In this document: positions 48,356-63,009 of the stretch, piece after piece
Layout: each line of letters starts with the position of its first letter
Numbering within the stretch: the stretch's first letter is position 1
Assembly (NCBI RefSeq): GCF_006345805.1
Contig: NW_021833250.1
Span: 1 to 64,000, forward strand
DNA length: 64,000 nucleotides
From: Octopus sinensis
Taxonomy: Eukaryota
Reading direction: 5' to 3'
The notes under the pieces: model-generated
The model's database searches: none
What the model was told of the DNA's origin: nothing
Seen by the model: only the letters and a program-made list of their open reading frames with translations
Translations under genes and position numbers: made by a program

Positions 48356-49950
48356 CCCTTTAATAAAGTCATGGGTGATGATAACTACATGTTCAGAGTT
48401 GTGTCACTCATGCTCAAAAACAACACAAATTACCGAACACTTCGGAAAGAGTCCGTGCGATACATATGCAATAATTGGAAGTATTTTCATTCTTTTATTC
48501 CTAATAGGACAACGCAGGAATACCAAGCATACATGATTAGGGATAGAACATACATTAGTAATGTGGAATTAGCTGCTATTAGTGAATTGTACAATGTTAC
48601 AATTCAGGTTCACCACAAAAATGACGATGAAATTATTCTTCCTCTGTTCACCGTTTGCAGCAAACATTTACAGAAAGGAAGATTTCATTGTTGTACAGTG
48701 GCGAAATTGACAGCGGTCACTATGATGCTCTCTTTCCCATAAACAACCATGAGGAAATGAAATATCACACGACAGTAAAAAAGTCAAAAGAATGAGAATT
48801 CAAATACTTAATATGAAAAGCGCAGAAGAAAGCAAAAACCATCGGGAAGTGAGGTTGCGAGAAATGAGGGAGTATGAGAGGAGGACAAGAGAACAAGAAG
48901 GTGATAAAGATATGGGAATAAGATTGCAGAGAAAGAAGGAAAATTATAGAAATATAAACGTAGAAGAAAATAAAAAAGTCAAAGAAATACGATTGCAAAA
49001 AGGAGAGAAAAGGTAGAATAAATAGAAAACAAGAGTGAAAGCGGCCGAAAAATACGATTAAAAAGGAGAAAGCTTTCCAGAGAAAATCAGCAGAAAACGT
49101 ATTGGCGATTTCAATGGCAAGGTGTAGCATTTAATTATGATCCTAATCGTAAGTTATGCATCTGAAAAAATTGTCCCCCTGGGCTCTATGTGCGAAACAT
49201 GGGAAAAGTGTGGTGTTAGGAAGTGAGGCAAGGAACCATTAGGTATGTGTTGTTATAAAGGTAAAGTCCATTTACTAATAACTGAGCCTCAAGAACTTAT
49301 AAAACATCCTGTTTTGGGTACCACTTCAGAATCAAAACACTTTCTTAAAAATATTCTAGCATACAATTGTGCTTTTCAAATGACATCATTTCGGGCAAAA
49401 CTTAAGTGGATTTATGCTGACTTTTAAAGTGCAAGGACAAATTTATCTCTTAAGCCTTTACAGAATAAAGATACACAATTTTTTCAAATATATTTTATAG
49501 GTGACGTTCAAAAAGAAGCACAGTGTTGCAGCAATAATTGTCCAGGTACAAGATTTGAATTTCTTTTTAAGCTTCAAGAAATGCTTTACGAAAAGAATTC
49601 TTATGTGAGAAGCTTTCAGTATGCTTTAGAATATACTTCAACTGCGGACTTTCAAGTTGTCATTGATGCCGACAAAAGACCAGCAGGAGAACATGTCCGT
49701 CGATTCAATGTTCTTGAGTGTAATGAAGTGGCAATTATTATTGTTGGAGAACGAGATATTGTTTTGAAGTATTGTGACAATAGCATCACGTTCTTAAATG
49801 AAACTCATCGTTCATATCATACTTTACAATATCCCTTGCTTTTTGTTAACGGAGAAGATGGATACTACTTTGATATACCACAAGCTTGAGGAATCACTTC
49901 CAAAAGAACTGTATCCTGTAAGGAATACTATGTTCATCGATTGATGATTT
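48356..49950 (+). mobile_element. Autonomous-type Helitron 5' coding remnant: OTU-like protease, charged linker and Rep N-terminal region
   Basis: GDDNYMFR...ELAAISELYNVTI...LLYSGEIDSGHYDAL. Then AFNYDP, MCCYKGKV, SKHFLKNILAYNCAFQMTSF, DADKRPAGEHVRRFN and ETHRSY..LQYPLLF..GEDGY. Confidence 0.85.
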
Positions 49951-49964
49951 GAATATTATGTGAA

Positions 49965-52445
49965 TAATATTCGAATATTATGTTCATCGATTGATGATTC
50001 GAATAATAGTGTGAATAACGGTGGTAATGGAACTGAAGCCCTTGATGGTGACAGCGTTGTACCCTGCAGGCTCAAAGATAATGATGCGGCTCCAGTCGGT
50101 CGTTATCCAGCAAGAGACCAGCACACACGGCGTTGATGGAACGAAAAAGTCAATGCTGTGGTCATGAAGTGTTAATACCTGAGCAACCCCGTAGACGAAA
50201 ATGGTGTTCATCTTAGGGGATCTACGACAGAAAAAGGGCAAGGCTACAAGAGTACGATAGCGGCTTTTTTTGCAACCCGAAAAAGGTGCATCGGTGGAAA
50301 TTGAACCAAGAAACGAAAAATGCGAATGAAATTCTGAAATACATCAGAACAAAATACATCACAGAAACAAACAATTTGATCAATGCAGCAAGTATCTTTG
50401 TAGCAGAAAATGTGGGTGTTGATGTCAAGAAAGAGAAATATAATCGGAGTGACAAAAGTAAAGATCCATGGTAGAAAAGGAGAATACGGTTGGGGTTAGA
50501 TATGCTCTCGTTGGATATTTCTGTGTTAGACCGAAAAGAGAATGAGGAGCTTAAAAGCGAACAAAAATACAAGGCACTGAAAAGGAAGTATGATATTGAA
50601 AGAAAGGGCCTGAAAGTTGTAATGGAGGAACTGAAACAACGCTTCGTTGCAGAGAAAGCAAAGATGGTAAGACACGATCAAAGAACGAAAGGATACCACC
50701 AAAATAGGTTATTCGGAGTAGATCAAAAGAGATTCTACAAAGAAATAAAAGGAGATTGTACATACGAAAGTTGATACCGAATAACAATGAAAGTCAAAGG
50801 TTTTGGAGTGACATCTGGATCAAAGACAAAGAGCACAAGAAGGATGCTGAATGGTTGAAAGAACTGAAACAAACAGTATTCTGTCCAAAACAAGCAGAAC
50901 TAATCATTTCAGTTACGGAAGTGAAGGAAATTAGCAAAAAATGGGTAACAGGGTGGCCCCGGGACCAGATGGAGTTCAAGGCTATGAATCAAAAGATTTA
51001 GTGAATGTCATGCACGAATAGCTGCACAACTCAACACCTTGTTAAATACCGACCAAGTAACAGCAGAGTGGTTGACAATAGATAGGACAGTGCAGTGCTT
51101 GAAAAATATCGAAAAAGGCAATACGGTAGACAATTACAGGCCGATATCCTGTTTGCCACTTATGTGGAAGATATTGATTGGAATACTCACAAAGTCAATG
51201 TACGAAGATCTTGAAAAAATGGAGTCCTACCACCTGAGAAGAAGGGTTGCAAGCGTAAATGCAGAAGACAAAACTGTACTTAGAGACTGCAAGCGGAAGA
51301 AAACTAACATTGCCATTTCATGAATCGATTATCGTAAGGCGTACGATACGATCCCAAATTCTTGGATTATGGAATGTATGAACCTCTTTGTTATTGCATC
51401 GAATGTCGATGTTGAGCAATTTCTTAGAAAATATTTGACGAAATGGAGGACGGAACTGACAGCATATGGAAGAAGTTTAGGGACAATAGAAGTCAAGAGA
51501 GGCATCTTCCAAGGGGACTACCTGTCCCCACTGAATTTTGTATTGTGCATGATACCACTAACAATGATTTTGAGGAAAGCAAAGGTTTGGTATGTATTCG
51601 AAAGCCGCTTACAAAAAGTCAACCACTTGTTATTCATGGATGACCTCAAACTTTATGGTAAAAATGAAACCCAAGTCAGTTCTCTCGTTGACACGGTGTA
51701 TACTTTCAATGCTGATATCAGAATGGAGTTCGGACTGAAAAGGTGTGGTGTGTTAGACTTGAAGAGAGACAAACTCAAATGTATAGATGGGCTAACGATA
51801 GCGTCGGGAGAGTTTATGAAGCAGATAGAAAAGACGGGCTTTAAATACTTGGGGATATTGGAAATAGATAAATTGATGGAGAAAGAAAAATTTAAGGTGG
51901 AGTACTTGCGCAGATTGAGACTGATCCTCAAATCGAATAAGATTGAAGCTATCAACACCTGGGCGGTTTCACAACTTAGATATGGAGCAGGGATAATCGC
52001 ATGGACAGTAGATGAATTAAACAGCTTAGATAGAAAGATAAATTTCTGAATAGATATGGGATACTCTACCCCAAAAGTGACACAGACAGAATGTATGTAC
52101 CAAGAAAAAGAGGGTGAAAGGGACTGATATGATGCAAACACAGCATTAGAGCAGAAGAAAACAACATAGTATGGTAAGTAAAAATGCCACAGAACCACTA
52201 TCATTGGAAGTAAGAAAGTCATGCTTGTGTAGGATGGAAGATTGCAAAGATAACGCACTGTACAAGGACTTGAGAATGAATGAAACGGAAAATAGGTGGA
52301 TAAAGAAAAGAATGCATAGGCAATTTCAGAGGGATGTTGAAGTTAAGACAGACAGAGGAAAAATTTGGTTATGGATGACTAAAAGTGATTTAAAACCGAA
52401 AAAAGGGGCTATAATCTGTGCTGTCCGTGTGCAAACATTAAAACC
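49965..52445 (+). mobile_element. Degenerate R4/Dong-clade LINE (family B), 3'-truncated
   Basis: [58 protein letters not shown] and YLGI motifs. Ends in a degenerate TAA tract. Confidence 0.85.
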
Positions 52446-52869
52446 TAATTACAACAATAATAATAGTAATATTAATAATGATAATAATAATGATTTCTTT
52501 TATTTGCCACCAGGGAGAAGGATGAAGGGGACAATACTATTACAGACATAATGTGTGGGGGCTTACCTACAATGAAATGATAATAATAATAAATAATAAT
52601 AGGGTAAAGACCTCCCTTTGATTATGGATCACTATGGAATTGCACCTAGAAATTTTACCTCCGAGGCACCTTCGGGCAAGGTTGTTTATTGAAGAACAGC
52701 GGTCTCCCATGCATATCAGTCTCTCATCTCCATGCCACAGATGTTTTAAAACTATATGCTGCAAATGATAACCAGCTGGAAACATTACTACAGACGAAGA
52801 TTTCAACGATTCTATGTGGGGAAAAGATTAGAAAATGACAACATTCCCATAAAAAGCTTACTTGGCAAG

Positions 52870-55641
52870 ATGGTATTCAACACCAAATTCAGTTACTTAA
52901 GTCTGACATAGAATGTTGAAAAACCTTAAGTTTGACAAGACTATCAAACCAACAGAAATCTGAAAATTAAAGAAAATATATAATATGAAAACTATACTTG
53001 ACATCGATACCACCATAGAAACTATCAAGCAAAAGGTATGTGCAAAAGCTGCCCGCATACAGGAACATAGGGAAAATACCAGTTACAGTAAAGTCTATCC
53101 ATCAAAAGAAGTGCAGGAATTTTGGAATAAAATTTGTGCAGAAGGAAAAACACACAATAAAAAGGCCTATTGGATTGATAGAATAACTACTGACTTAGAC
53201 AGACTCCTTAAAAGAGCAAAAGTGGGAGGGTATCACGGTAGAGGATGTAAGCAAGGAGAAGTCTCTAGGAAAGAATAAAATTCTTAACTTCTGGTTGAAT
53301 GCCTTCCTAGAGAGTCATGAACTGCTAAAAAAAACTTTACAACAATGTTTTGCAACAACCTAGTATGATTCCCTCTTGGCTAGTTAATGGTTAAACTTTC
53401 CTACTTCCAAAAAATGAAGAAACAAATGAACCAAAAAATTATAGACCTATAACCTGCTTAACAACAATGTATAAAATACTAACATCTGTTTTGACTGAAT
53501 ATACCTATAGTTTTTAATAGAAAGTGGCATATTCCCTAATGAGAAAAAAGGATGTAAACGTGGGTCTTGTGGTTGTAAAGATCAGCTACTCATCAATAAG
53601 ATGATCTTGGAAGATTCTCACAAACGACACAAAAACTTGTCGATAGCCTTGATAGACTATAAAAAAGCTTTTGATATTCTGTCACATAAGTGGATTAAGA
53701 AATGTCTGGAAATGTATAAAATAGCACCTACTCTGCGAAACTTCTTGTCTGTAAGTATGAGATCATAGAGAACCACATTGACTTCGAACAGTGACAATGA
53801 ATCTCTCAATGCTGGAGATGTAAGCATTTCTTATGGCATTTTCCAGGGTGACTATCTATCCCTGCCCTTCTTTTGTCTAGCCTTAATACCTCTCTTGAAA
53901 TTGCTCGATGATGTATAATATGGCTATAAAATGATTTCAAGCTCTTTGCAAAATACGACCAAAAAACACAGGGTTTACCAACAATTGTTAAAAAATTCAG
54001 TGATGATATCAGAGTGCAATTTGGCCTCGATAAATGTGCAAAAGCTACTGTTATCAAAGGAAAAATAATAGAAATACCAAACATTAATCTTGACCAAGAG
54101 TATGTTATAACGGAGTTAGAACCAGCGGAGAGCTACAAATTGCTAGGGGTATTTGAAGGTGATAGAATCAAACATTCAATGATGAAGGAAAGGATCAGAA
54201 GAGAATTTTATAGCAGAGTAAGGTCAATACTCAAGACAGAGCTGAATGCAAGAAACATGATCAAAACGATCAATACTTTAGCCATACCAGTCGTGATTTA
54301 CAGCTTCAATATCATTAACTGGTCAGATATATATACGAAAATAGTTGACAATACATAGAATGCACCACCCTAAGGCAGATATAGAACGACTTTACCTGCC
54401 AAGAAAAGAGGGTGACCGTGGACTTTTACAACTGGAATTAACAATGAAAATTGCCACAGTTAGTCTAAACACCTACCTGAAAAACTCTGATGACTGGTTG
54501 TTAAAACTTGTCTTAAAGCACGAAAACAAGAAACCATTATACTCAGTAAAAAAGCAGGCAAAGAAATATCTAAGTGAATTCCAAATACAACAAATCCCAG
54601 AATTAAACGTACTAGAAACACGCACAGAAAAAGCTAAGAGTATGAAAACCCGTGTTAAAACTGCTGCCTAAGATATTCTTACTGATAATTGGCAAGAAAA
54701 ACATCTCAATGACAAATACCTAAAGAGAGCTAATAATGTCGATGTTGACAATACCCTTACCCGTCAATGGTTTGTGTCTTCTGGCTTAAAATCAGGAACT
54801 GAAGGGTTTATCCATGGCAGCCGAAGATCAATGCCTACCTACAAGGAGGTACCAGGCCTAAATATTAAAGACTGACAGTAGCCCAACATGTCGTGTATGT
54901 AAACAAAATGAAACCATTGATCATATTGTCTCCATGTGTAGTCTTCTTGTGCCTACAGAGTATCTCAACAGGCATGATAGAGCAGCACAATATATTCATT
55001 GGGTAATTTGCAAAAACCTGGACCTGCTCCATAATGAAAAATAGTGGAACACAAACCACCTACAGTGCTTGAAAATGACTACATTTCACTCCTCTGAAAC
55101 TTCACCATTCAAACTGACAGAAAGATAGATGCGAAGAGGCAAGACATTATATTGAAGGACTTCAGACAAAAATCATACCTCCTAACTGATATGACTGTCC
55201 CAATCGACATAAATATATTTGTCAAGACCTACCAAAAACTGAGCAAGTATAAAGATCTTGAAACAGAAATTGGCAAAATGTGTAACCTCAAGACTTATAC
55301 AGTATCTGTAGTCAAGGTGCCCTAAGAATGATAGCAAAATGGCTGATTCCTACCTTGCTCAGATACCAGGAAACCCCAAAATAGCAGAAATTCAAACGGT
55401 AGTGCTCATGGGAACTGCCCATATCCTACGTAAAATACTGTCTACGTAATCTCAAATCTTAAAACGAACTTATAATTTTCTTATGTTTTTTTAAAACATT
55501 CTCTAGAACAATATGTGCAAAACCAAGTATATAGCACCTTAGGCATAAACACCAATTTGAACTTCTAACTTGTTGTCTATTGAAGTCTCTGGGTGAGACT
55601 TGGAGTCACCTTGTACGAATACAAAGCAAATGTCAAACATA
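52870..55641 (+). mobile_element. Degenerate R4/Dong-clade LINE (family C) ending in (TAA)n
   Basis: IETIKQKV.AKAARI, NYRPITC, GIFQGD, QFGLDKCA, HPKADIERLYLPRKEG, CRVC...HI..C and REL-like motifs. 3'UTR runs into (TAA)n at 55641. Confidence 0.85.
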
Positions 55642-55666
55642 TAATAATAATAATAATAATGATAAT

Positions 55667-55748
<82 letters not shown>

Positions 55749-55750
55749 TA

Positions 55751-55792
<42 letters not shown>

Positions 55793-58700
55793 GAGAGAAC
55801 ACCGGGGGACGTTTAGGATGTAAGAAGGAAAAAACAGAGTTCCGAAATCTATCCACAAACATCAAAAACAAGGATATCGTATGGAGCCAAAGATTTACTA
55901 ACAAAGGATTGGACTGTATCCGAGTAAGTAATACTAATTGAAATTTATTACTATTTTCGAAACGAAATGTTGTATTTTGACTCGATATCATCTCCACCTC
56001 TAACAAAACACATGTAAACATGCGTGAAGCATTACGATCCATCAACACCAGATCATCCCCGACCCCAAACACCATGTACAAAGGAACTACGAAGAAATTA
56101 AATACCACCGATATTATTCAACCCAAGAATAACAATCGAGCGGTACGTACTTTAAACTTACAACAAAAAATGTACGAAAAACTACACGTGCGAAATAATG
56201 TGACAACAGAAATGAACGGACCGGTACCCTACGAAAATGACGACCGTCAAAATGATGGGCCGGACGTTGTTCCTCATGTCCCGCAAATAAAACCCAAAAG
56301 ACATAAATGGACACGTGAGGAATACATTTCCATCTTACACGCATACTTCACAGCAGTGCTCTACCCAAAAAATTAAAACACAACAACACATACATATAAC
56401 ATATGGAAGGAAAACAACATAAATATAGACTTGGATACAGCAATGAACCCTAATAAATTAGCTAACGTACGAAGATACATTCTCAACGCAAAAAAAATAT
56501 CAGAAATAGAAATAGAACATCTAAAAGAAAAAAACACCACGAAAATGTAGATAGAAGCCACACAACAATACCCAATAATATAAACACTGAAATAGTAAAA
56601 CACGAAGACAAACGAAACATTCCCAACAAACACGATGTAAGCAACGAAGGGGAGCCTAATGATTATGATAATATAAAAAGTAAAATAATCAAAGAACTGA
56701 AAACCACAGAGCTCAAAATGGACCACCGACCATACCTCCCAAGAATCAAAATAGACGAAGCAACACCAATTATAACAGCATAAACCTAGCCGTCACGGAA
56801 CTAATAGCCACTGAAACAAAAAGCGATATCACTGAGTTAAATGACTTAGTATACGCAGTAGCCACTGAAGCCACAAAAGAAGCTGGATACTCACTCAAAC
56901 CCATCCAAACAGGAGTACCACCACCCAAAAAAACACTCTGGATAAATAACATCCAAAACAAAATACAAAAAATGAGAAAAGATCTGTCGATTCTTAATGA
57001 AATCAGCACACAATCAACGCTACTGAGCAACAAAAAGAAAACAAAAATACTCCGCAAATATAACATCACAGAAAAAGATTTACCTGAGATAAAAGAAAAG
57101 CTGAAGCAAGATATCCTTGCCAAAGCACAAAGAATCCGCCGGTACGAGAAACGCCAGCGCTTCTTTGAACAAAACAAAAAGTTCAACTCCAACCCCAAAA
57201 AGTTCTACCAAGAACTTGGCAAAAATAAAATAGAAATCACTGCAGCACCAACGGCAGAAGAAGTGGAAGAATTCTGGAGAGAAATATGGTCGGCGAACGA
57301 ACAACCAAAAGAAAGGAGTATCAAAATAACAGACTCGGCATCTGAACAACTTTGGACCCCCATAACAACTGAAGAGGTCACCCAGGCACTGCAAATACTA
57401 AGCAACTGGAAGGCACCTGGGCATGACAATATCCCCAACTTCTGGTTGAAATATCTAACAGGAATGCACAAAAAGCTGGCTGAAAACTTTAACAATATGC
57501 TAGCAGAGCCAGAGACAATGCTTGAATGGCTCACGAAGGGGAAAACCATCTTAATTCCCAAATCAAATGAGACAGCAAAACCAGAAAACTACAGACCAAT
57601 AACCTGTCTCCCTACAATGTTCAAGGCATTTACTACAGTGATATCGCAAAGGTTGAACAAGCACCTGGACGAAAACAAACTGTTCCCAGAAGAGCAGAAA
57701 GGATGACGCAAAGGCTCATATGGCTGTAAAGATCAACTAATGATTAATAAAGCCATAACTGAAGACAGCCACAGAAAGAAGAAAGGCCTCAGTATGGCCT
57801 GGATCGACTACAAAAAAGTGTTTGATAGCATCCCCCACACATGGATCCTCGAAACACTAGCCATTAACAAAGTAGCACCAACAATCATAAAATTCATAGA
57901 GCACTCTATGAATAAATGGCAAACAGTGCTACAGCTCCAAACAAAAGAGGGACTCATGAAAACCAAAGACATCCCCATTAGAAGAGGAATATTCCAGGGA
58001 GACACGCTCTCTCCACTCCTTTTCTGCTTGGCACTGTCACCCTTATCTGATATGCTAAATAGAACTGGATGCGGATATAAATGTTACGGCAAAACGATCA
58101 GCCACCTTTTATATATGGATGACCTAAAACTATACGCTGCAAATGACAAACAGCTGGAAACACAATTAAAGACAGTTCATGGATTTACCAAAGAAATAGA
58201 TATGAAATATGGATTAGAAAAATGCGCCAAAGTAACCATGAAAAGAGGAAAACTAGTTAAGAGTAGCAACATCACACTAGATAAACCCAATGAAATAAAA
58301 GAATTAGACCAAAGCCAAACTTACAAATACTTAGGAATCCATGAACTAGATAAGACACAACACACACAAATGAAAGAGAAAATAAAAAAGAATATTATAG
58401 ACGAGTTAGATCAATACTAAAAACAGAGCTCAATGCTAAAAACAAGATAATAGGTATCAACACTTTAGCTGTCCCAGTTATAAGTTACAGCTACAATATC
58501 CTTAACTGGACACTAAATGAACTGACCAAAATAGATAGGAAAACAAGAAAAATAATGACAGGATCTAGGATGCATCACCCAAAATCTGACATAGAAAGAC
58601 TATATATACAACGTATAGAAGGTGGTAGAGGCCTTATACAACTGGAAAACTACTATAAAATAACCACCATAGGATTGCAAAAATATCTACTTCAGAAAGA

Positions 58701-59896
58701 AGGAAAACTGATACAAATAGCGGCAAAACACGAGCGAAACAAAAAACTGTTCTCAGTATTTAAGGAAGCTGACAAATACAAACAAGAAATCATACCACCT
58801 AATAAATATGAAGAAGAAGAAGAAGAAGAAGAAGAAGAAGAAGAAGAAGAAGAAGAAAAAGAAGAAGAAGAAGAAGAAGAAAAAGAAGAAGAAGAAGAAG
58901 AAGAAGAGAAGAAGAAGAGAAGAAGAAGAAGAAGAAGAAGAAGAAGAAGAAGAAGAAGAAGAAGAAGAAACAACAAAAGCTATAAAACAAATGAAATCCA
59001 AACTAAAAATAGAACAACAATGAACCATGATAAAACGATGGCAAGAAAAGCCCCTTCATGTAAATACTGGACTAAACTAAACGCAAAAGAAATAGACAAA
59101 GAAAAATCCCAGCAATGGTTGAGAAGCTCAGGACTCAAAGCAGAAACAGAGGGCTTTTTAATTGCAGCACAAGACCAAAGCCTCCCCACCAGAAATTACC
59201 AAAAACATGTAATGAAAAGAAATATTACAAGTAACTGCAGAATATGTGGAGATGGACGAGAAACAATAAATCATATTATCTCTAGCTGCCCAGTCCTGGC
59301 TAAGAAGGAATATATTCACAGACATGACAGAGTTGGAACCTACATACATTGGAAGCTATGCCAACATTATGGAATAACAACAGAAAAAAGATGGTATAGG
59401 CACACACCAGAAAAGGTCACAGAAAACGAGAAAGCAACCATACTCTGGGATATGCCGATACACACAGATAGAGAAATTAAGGCCAACAGACCAGATATAG
59501 TTGTCAAAGATCATGAAGAAAAAAATGCTTTCTAATTGATGTATCAATAACGGCTGATGATAACGTGCCTCTAAAAGAAATGGAGAAACTCTCAAAATAC
59601 AAAGGCCTGGAAATAGAGGTAACCAGAATGTGGAATCTAAAAACAGAAACAATTCCTATCATAGTAGGTGCAGTAGGCATGATAAAAAAAATATTCAGAT
59701 AAATACATAACAAAAACACCAGGACTTACAAACACATATAACATGCAGAAAATTGCACTACTAGGCACTGCACACATCCTACGCAGAACACTTTCCATAC
59801 AATAACCATCAGAGCATCACAACAAATCACAGCACATACCCAAGGCACACAGAGCTGTGCTCGGTAGTGAAGTGAAAGCACGCTATAAAACTACTG
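55793..59896 (+). mobile_element. Apparently full-length Dong-like (R4 clade) LINE (family A) within (TAA)n; disrupted ORF
   Basis: RHKWTREE N-terminus, RT (GIFQGDTLSP, YMDD), CCHC knuckle CRIC-x8-H-x4-C and REL endonuclease RPDIV...LIDVS. (TAA)n on both sides. Confidence 0.9.
58810..58969 (+). repeat. (GAA)n expansion inside the LINE ORF
   Basis: 160-bp GAA tract where the second copy has only GAAGAAGAAGAAGATGATGAAGAA (24 bp, ~61881). Confidence 0.95.
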
Positions 59897-59922
59897 AATA
59901 ATAATAATAATAATAATAATAG

Positions 59923-59971
<49 letters not shown>

Positions 59972-59996
59972 TAACAATAACAATAATAATAATAAT

Positions 59997-60486
59997 CATG
60001 TACATTGTTTTGTCTTGGTATAAAAGATGGGCTACAGCAAATATTCTGCTCAATACCACAGATTTGCTTGTCAGTTGTTTGACTTTAACCAGTTGAGCAT
60101 GTTCCTTAGTGGCTGACGATATGTGCATCTCTGATCACGAGCAGAAGTAGTGGGGGAGCATCATAGCCATGTGTTGAGAGGGATTCTTTGGGGTTTGAAT
60201 AATTCACCTCTGAAAACATAGGTGGTTCTTTCAACATCCTTAAACAACCCTTATTCAGGGACCTTTTGAGCGGGATGGGCTACTCAACCTGAAGAAAATT
60301 CTAACTGGGCCCCACCTGCAAGGTCATGTGCTGTTTATCTTGATATGAGATCACCATGTCGCGCACATATGGTTGTGATGCATGTGCCTGGTGTACCCTT
60401 ATCAGACGGGTAGTCATGATGGGTATATTGGGCTTCGTATATTTTACCCCAGTGTCACTTTGATGGCATTAACTGCTCTCTCACTC
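59997..60486 (+). mobile_element. TAA-flanked non-coding element, 5'-truncated copy
   Basis: Ends ...CTCTCTCACTC|AATAAT and starts ~35 bp inside the longest copy. Confidence 0.75.
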
Positions 60487-60546
60487 AATAATAATAAAAA
60501 TAATAATAATAATAATGATAATAATAATAATAATAATAATAATAAT

Positions 60547-60882
60547 TGGGGGAGCATCATAGCCATGTGTTGAAAGGGATTCTTTGGAGTTTGAATAATT
60601 CACCTCTGGAAACATGGGTGTTTCCTTAAACATCCTAAAGCAACCCTTATTCAGGGACCTTTTGAGCAGGATGGGCTACACGACCTGAAGAAAGTTCTAA
60701 CTGGGTCCCACCTGCAAGGTCATGTGCTGTTTATCTTGATATGAGATCACAATGTCGCGCACATATGGTTGTGATGCATGTGCCTGGTGTACTCTTATCA
60801 GACGAGTAGTCATGATGGGTATATTGGGCTTCGTATATTTTACCCCAGTGTCACTTTGATGGCATGAACTGCTCTCTCACTC
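60547..60882 (+). mobile_element. TAA-flanked non-coding element, more deeply 5'-truncated copy
   Basis: Same 3' end and TAA tail; 336 bp. Confidence 0.75.
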
Positions 60883-60934
<52 letters not shown>

Positions 60935-61007
60935 TAATAATAATATAATAATAATAATAATAACAATAACAATAACAATAACAATAATAATAATAATAAT
61001 AATAATA

Positions 61008-61089
<82 letters not shown>

Positions 61090-61091
61090 TA

Positions 61092-62818
61092 TGCTTGGCA
61101 CTGTCACCTCTATCTGATATGCTAAATAGAACTGGATGCGGATATAAATGTTACGGCAAAACGATCAGCCACCTTTTATATATGGATGACCTAAAACTAT
61201 ACGCTGCAAATGACAAACAGCTGGAAACACTATTAAAGACAGTTCATGGATTTACCAAAGAAATAGATATGAAATTTGGATTAGAAAAATGCGCCAAAGT
61301 AACCATGAAAAGAGGAAAACTAGTTAAGAGTAACAACATCACACTAGATAAAACCAATGAAATAAAAGAATTAGACCAAAGCCAAACTTACAAATACTTA
61401 GGAATCCATGAACTAGATAAGACACAACACACACAAATGAAAGAGAAAATAAAAAAAGAATATTATAGACGAGTTATATCAATACTAAAAACAGAGCTCA
61501 ATGCTAAAAACAAGATAATAGGTATCAACACTTTAGCTGTCCCAGTTATAAGTTACAGCTACAATATCCTTAACTGGAAACGAAATGAACTGTCCAAAAT
61601 AGATAGGAAAACAAGAAAAATACTGACAGGATCTAGGATGCATCACCCAAAATCTGACATAGAAAGACTATATATACAACGTATAGAAGGTGGTAGAGGC
61701 CTTATACAGCTGGAAAACTACTATAAAATAACCACCATAGGACTGCAAAAATACCTACTTCAGAAGGAAGGAAAACTGATCCAGATAGCAGCAAAACACG
61801 AGCAAAACAAAAAACTGTTCTCAGTATTTAAGGAAGCTGACAAATACAAACAAGAAATCATACCACCTAATAAACACAAAGAAGAAGAAGAAGATGATGA
61901 AGAAACAACAAAAGCTATAAAACAAATGAAATCCAAACTAAAAATAGAACAGCAACGAGCCATGATAAAACGATGGCAAGAAAAGCCCCTTCATGGTAAA
62001 TACTGCACTAAACTAAACGCAAAAGAAATAGACAAAGAAAAATCCCAGCAATGGTTGAGAAGCTCAGGACTCAAAGCAGAAACAGAGGGATTTTTAATTG
62101 CAGCACAAGACCAAAGCCTCCCCACCAGAAATTACCAAAAACATGTAATGAAAAGAAATATTACAAGTAACTGCAGAATATGTGGAGATGGACAAGAAAC
62201 AATAAATCATATTATCTCTAGCTGCCAGTCCTGGCTAAGAAGGAATATATTCACAGACATGACAGAGTTGGAACCTACATACATTGGAAGCTATGCCAAC
62301 ATTATGGAATAACAACAGAAAAAAGATGGTATAGGCACACACCAGAAAAGGTCACATACTCTGGGATATGCCGATACAAACAGATAGAGAAATTAAGGCC
62401 AACAGACCAGATATAGTTGTCAGAGATCATGAAGAAAAAAAATGCTTTCTAATTGATGTATCAATACCGGCAGATGACAACGTGTCTCTAAAAGAAATGG
62501 AGAAACTCTCAAAATACAAAGACCTGGAAATAGAGATAACTAGAATGTGGAACCTGAAAACAGAAACAATTCCTATCATAGTAGGTGCAGTAGGCATGAT
62601 AAAAAAATATTCAGACAAATACATAACAAAAACACCAGGACTTACAAACACATATAACATACAGAAAATTGCACTACTAGGCACTGCACACATCCTACGC
62701 AGAACACTTTCCATACAATAACCATCAGAGCATCACAACAAATCACAGCACATACCCAAGGCACACAGAGCTGCGCTCGGTAGTGAAGTGAAAGCACGCT
62801 ATAAAAATAAAACTACTG
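61092..62818 (+). mobile_element. 5'-truncated Dong-like LINE (family A), RT to 3' end
   Basis: ORF 61095-62312 plus 62368-62721, very close to the 55.8-59.9 kb copy. Preceded by a ~200-bp TAA tract and followed by AATAATAAT. Confidence 0.9.
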
Positions 62819-63009
62819 AACAATAATAATAATAATAGCGGTTATACATATTACAATCATAGATAAAGAAAAGCGACTGATCATGCCCGTTTGAATGAGA
62901 ATCGTAAAGAGAAAGAAAAATAAAAAACAATACAATTCTTAAAATTTGAAATAGGAAGAATTTGGAGCATGCAAACAGTAAATGTGCCCAAAATAATTGG
63001 TTCACTGGG

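Noticed and set aside
58555-59535. Poly-Glu/poly-Arg protein as a novel gene
   Set aside because: It is the LINE ORF read through a GAA expansion with frame slippage.
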